Below the pieces are notes generated by a model. That model was not told the origin of the DNA. It saw nothing but the letters and a program-made list of their open reading frames with translations, and searched no databases. A stretch of 52,796 nt of DNA, the filler included, from Stramenopiles sp. TOSAG23-3 (lineage: Eukaryota), in NCBI GenBank assembly GCA_900128585.1. It is 4 parts of 4 records of this genome, joined end to end, with 100 filler letters (N's around TTAATTAATTAA, not from the genome) between each part and the next. Parts side by side here need not be neighbours in the genome. Positions count along the whole stretch, not along the records: positions 50,775 to 52,796 come from LT645148.1; 3 more parts are not named here. The stretch is one strand, 5' to 3'. The position numbers and the translations under genes were made by a program. Below are positions 52,435-52,796 of this stretch, in pieces (positions within the stretch are counted from its first letter, which is position 1; every line of letters starts with the position of its first letter).

Positions 52435-52460
52435 TAAATAACAGCCAGTTTTTTGTTTTT
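52435..52460 (-). repeat. Degenerate motif A copy
   Basis: TAAATAACAGCCAGTTTTTTGTTTTT. Confidence 0.75.
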
Positions 52461-52526
52461 ATGTCTGTTTACACCCGGCGATGTTTTTTACTCCAACCCC
52501 TTGTAAGAACTCCACCTCCTCTCCCC

Positions 52527-52796
52527 TCAATTGTTTGCGGCGCTTCGGGCGTCCTTGTACTGACCCCCAAGACCCAAATCGCGGAGCGCGCTAAAGGCAA
52601 CATCGTCGCAGGCCCGGTGGGTCTCTCTTGCCAACTGGATCAACTCCCCGGCCCCGCTTTCCACAATCGGCTCTACCAATTCCTGGTTCCTTGACACCAA
52701 GTTTCGAAGGAGCAGGCACGCAGAGCGCTGAACGTTCCCCCCGGAAGGGTGGCGCTGCATGGCGTTCACGACCGTGTTGATCCCGTGCATCTCCGC
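52527..52796 (-). CDS. ARMC6: Armadillo repeat-containing protein 6, C-terminal fragment, runs in from the window edge
   Basis: AMQRHP...VQRSACLLLRNLVSR...GAGELI..A...H..C.DVAFSALRDLG matches the ARMC6 C-terminus. Confidence 0.85.
   Translation of the reverse strand, partial: AEMHGINTVVNAMQRHPSGGNVQRSACLLLRNLVSRNQELVEPIVESGAGELIQLARETHRACDDVAFSALRDLGLGGQYKDARSAANN

Overview
Gene-dense, intron-poor nuclear DNA from a unicellular eukaryote. A ciliary CIMIP1-like gene and the general gene content suggest a flagellated protist, possibly a stramenopile; this taxon is inferred, not shown. Coding regions have moderate GC and the spacers are very AT-rich and microsatellite-rich. Four assembled pieces are joined by artificial 100-nt N/TTAATTAATTAA/N linkers, and there is one further 161-N gap. 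About 28 protein-coding genes or fragments lie mostly in alternating orientation, including STE24, an MFSD5-type transporter, a tetraspanin, a tyrosinase, a double-SET protein, a DDT/WHIM/Tudor chromatin protein, WBP2-like, an RBR E3 ligase, a DENN protein, CYB5R and ARMC6. No rRNA, tRNA, CRISPR array or transposase was recognised. Main observations: (1) a short bacterial HU/IHF-like protein with a shortened DNA-binding arm and a mitochondrial-presequence-like N-terminus; (2) a ~30-bp motif plus a partner motif found only downstream of gene 3' ends, in seven convergent spacers; (3) a signal-peptide, KVEL-terminated tandem SET-domain methyltransferase; (4) three 5'-truncated genes, one restored in frame by inverting a 1.5-kb segment, most simply amplification or assembly chimeras; (5) a 3-beta-HSD/NSDHL-like protein lacking its catalytic Tyr, a tetraspanin with an EF-hand loop, 8-Cys saposin-like repeats, and a 48-aa smORF below the ORF-track cutoff. 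All homology calls are from motif recognition by eye; no database search was run.
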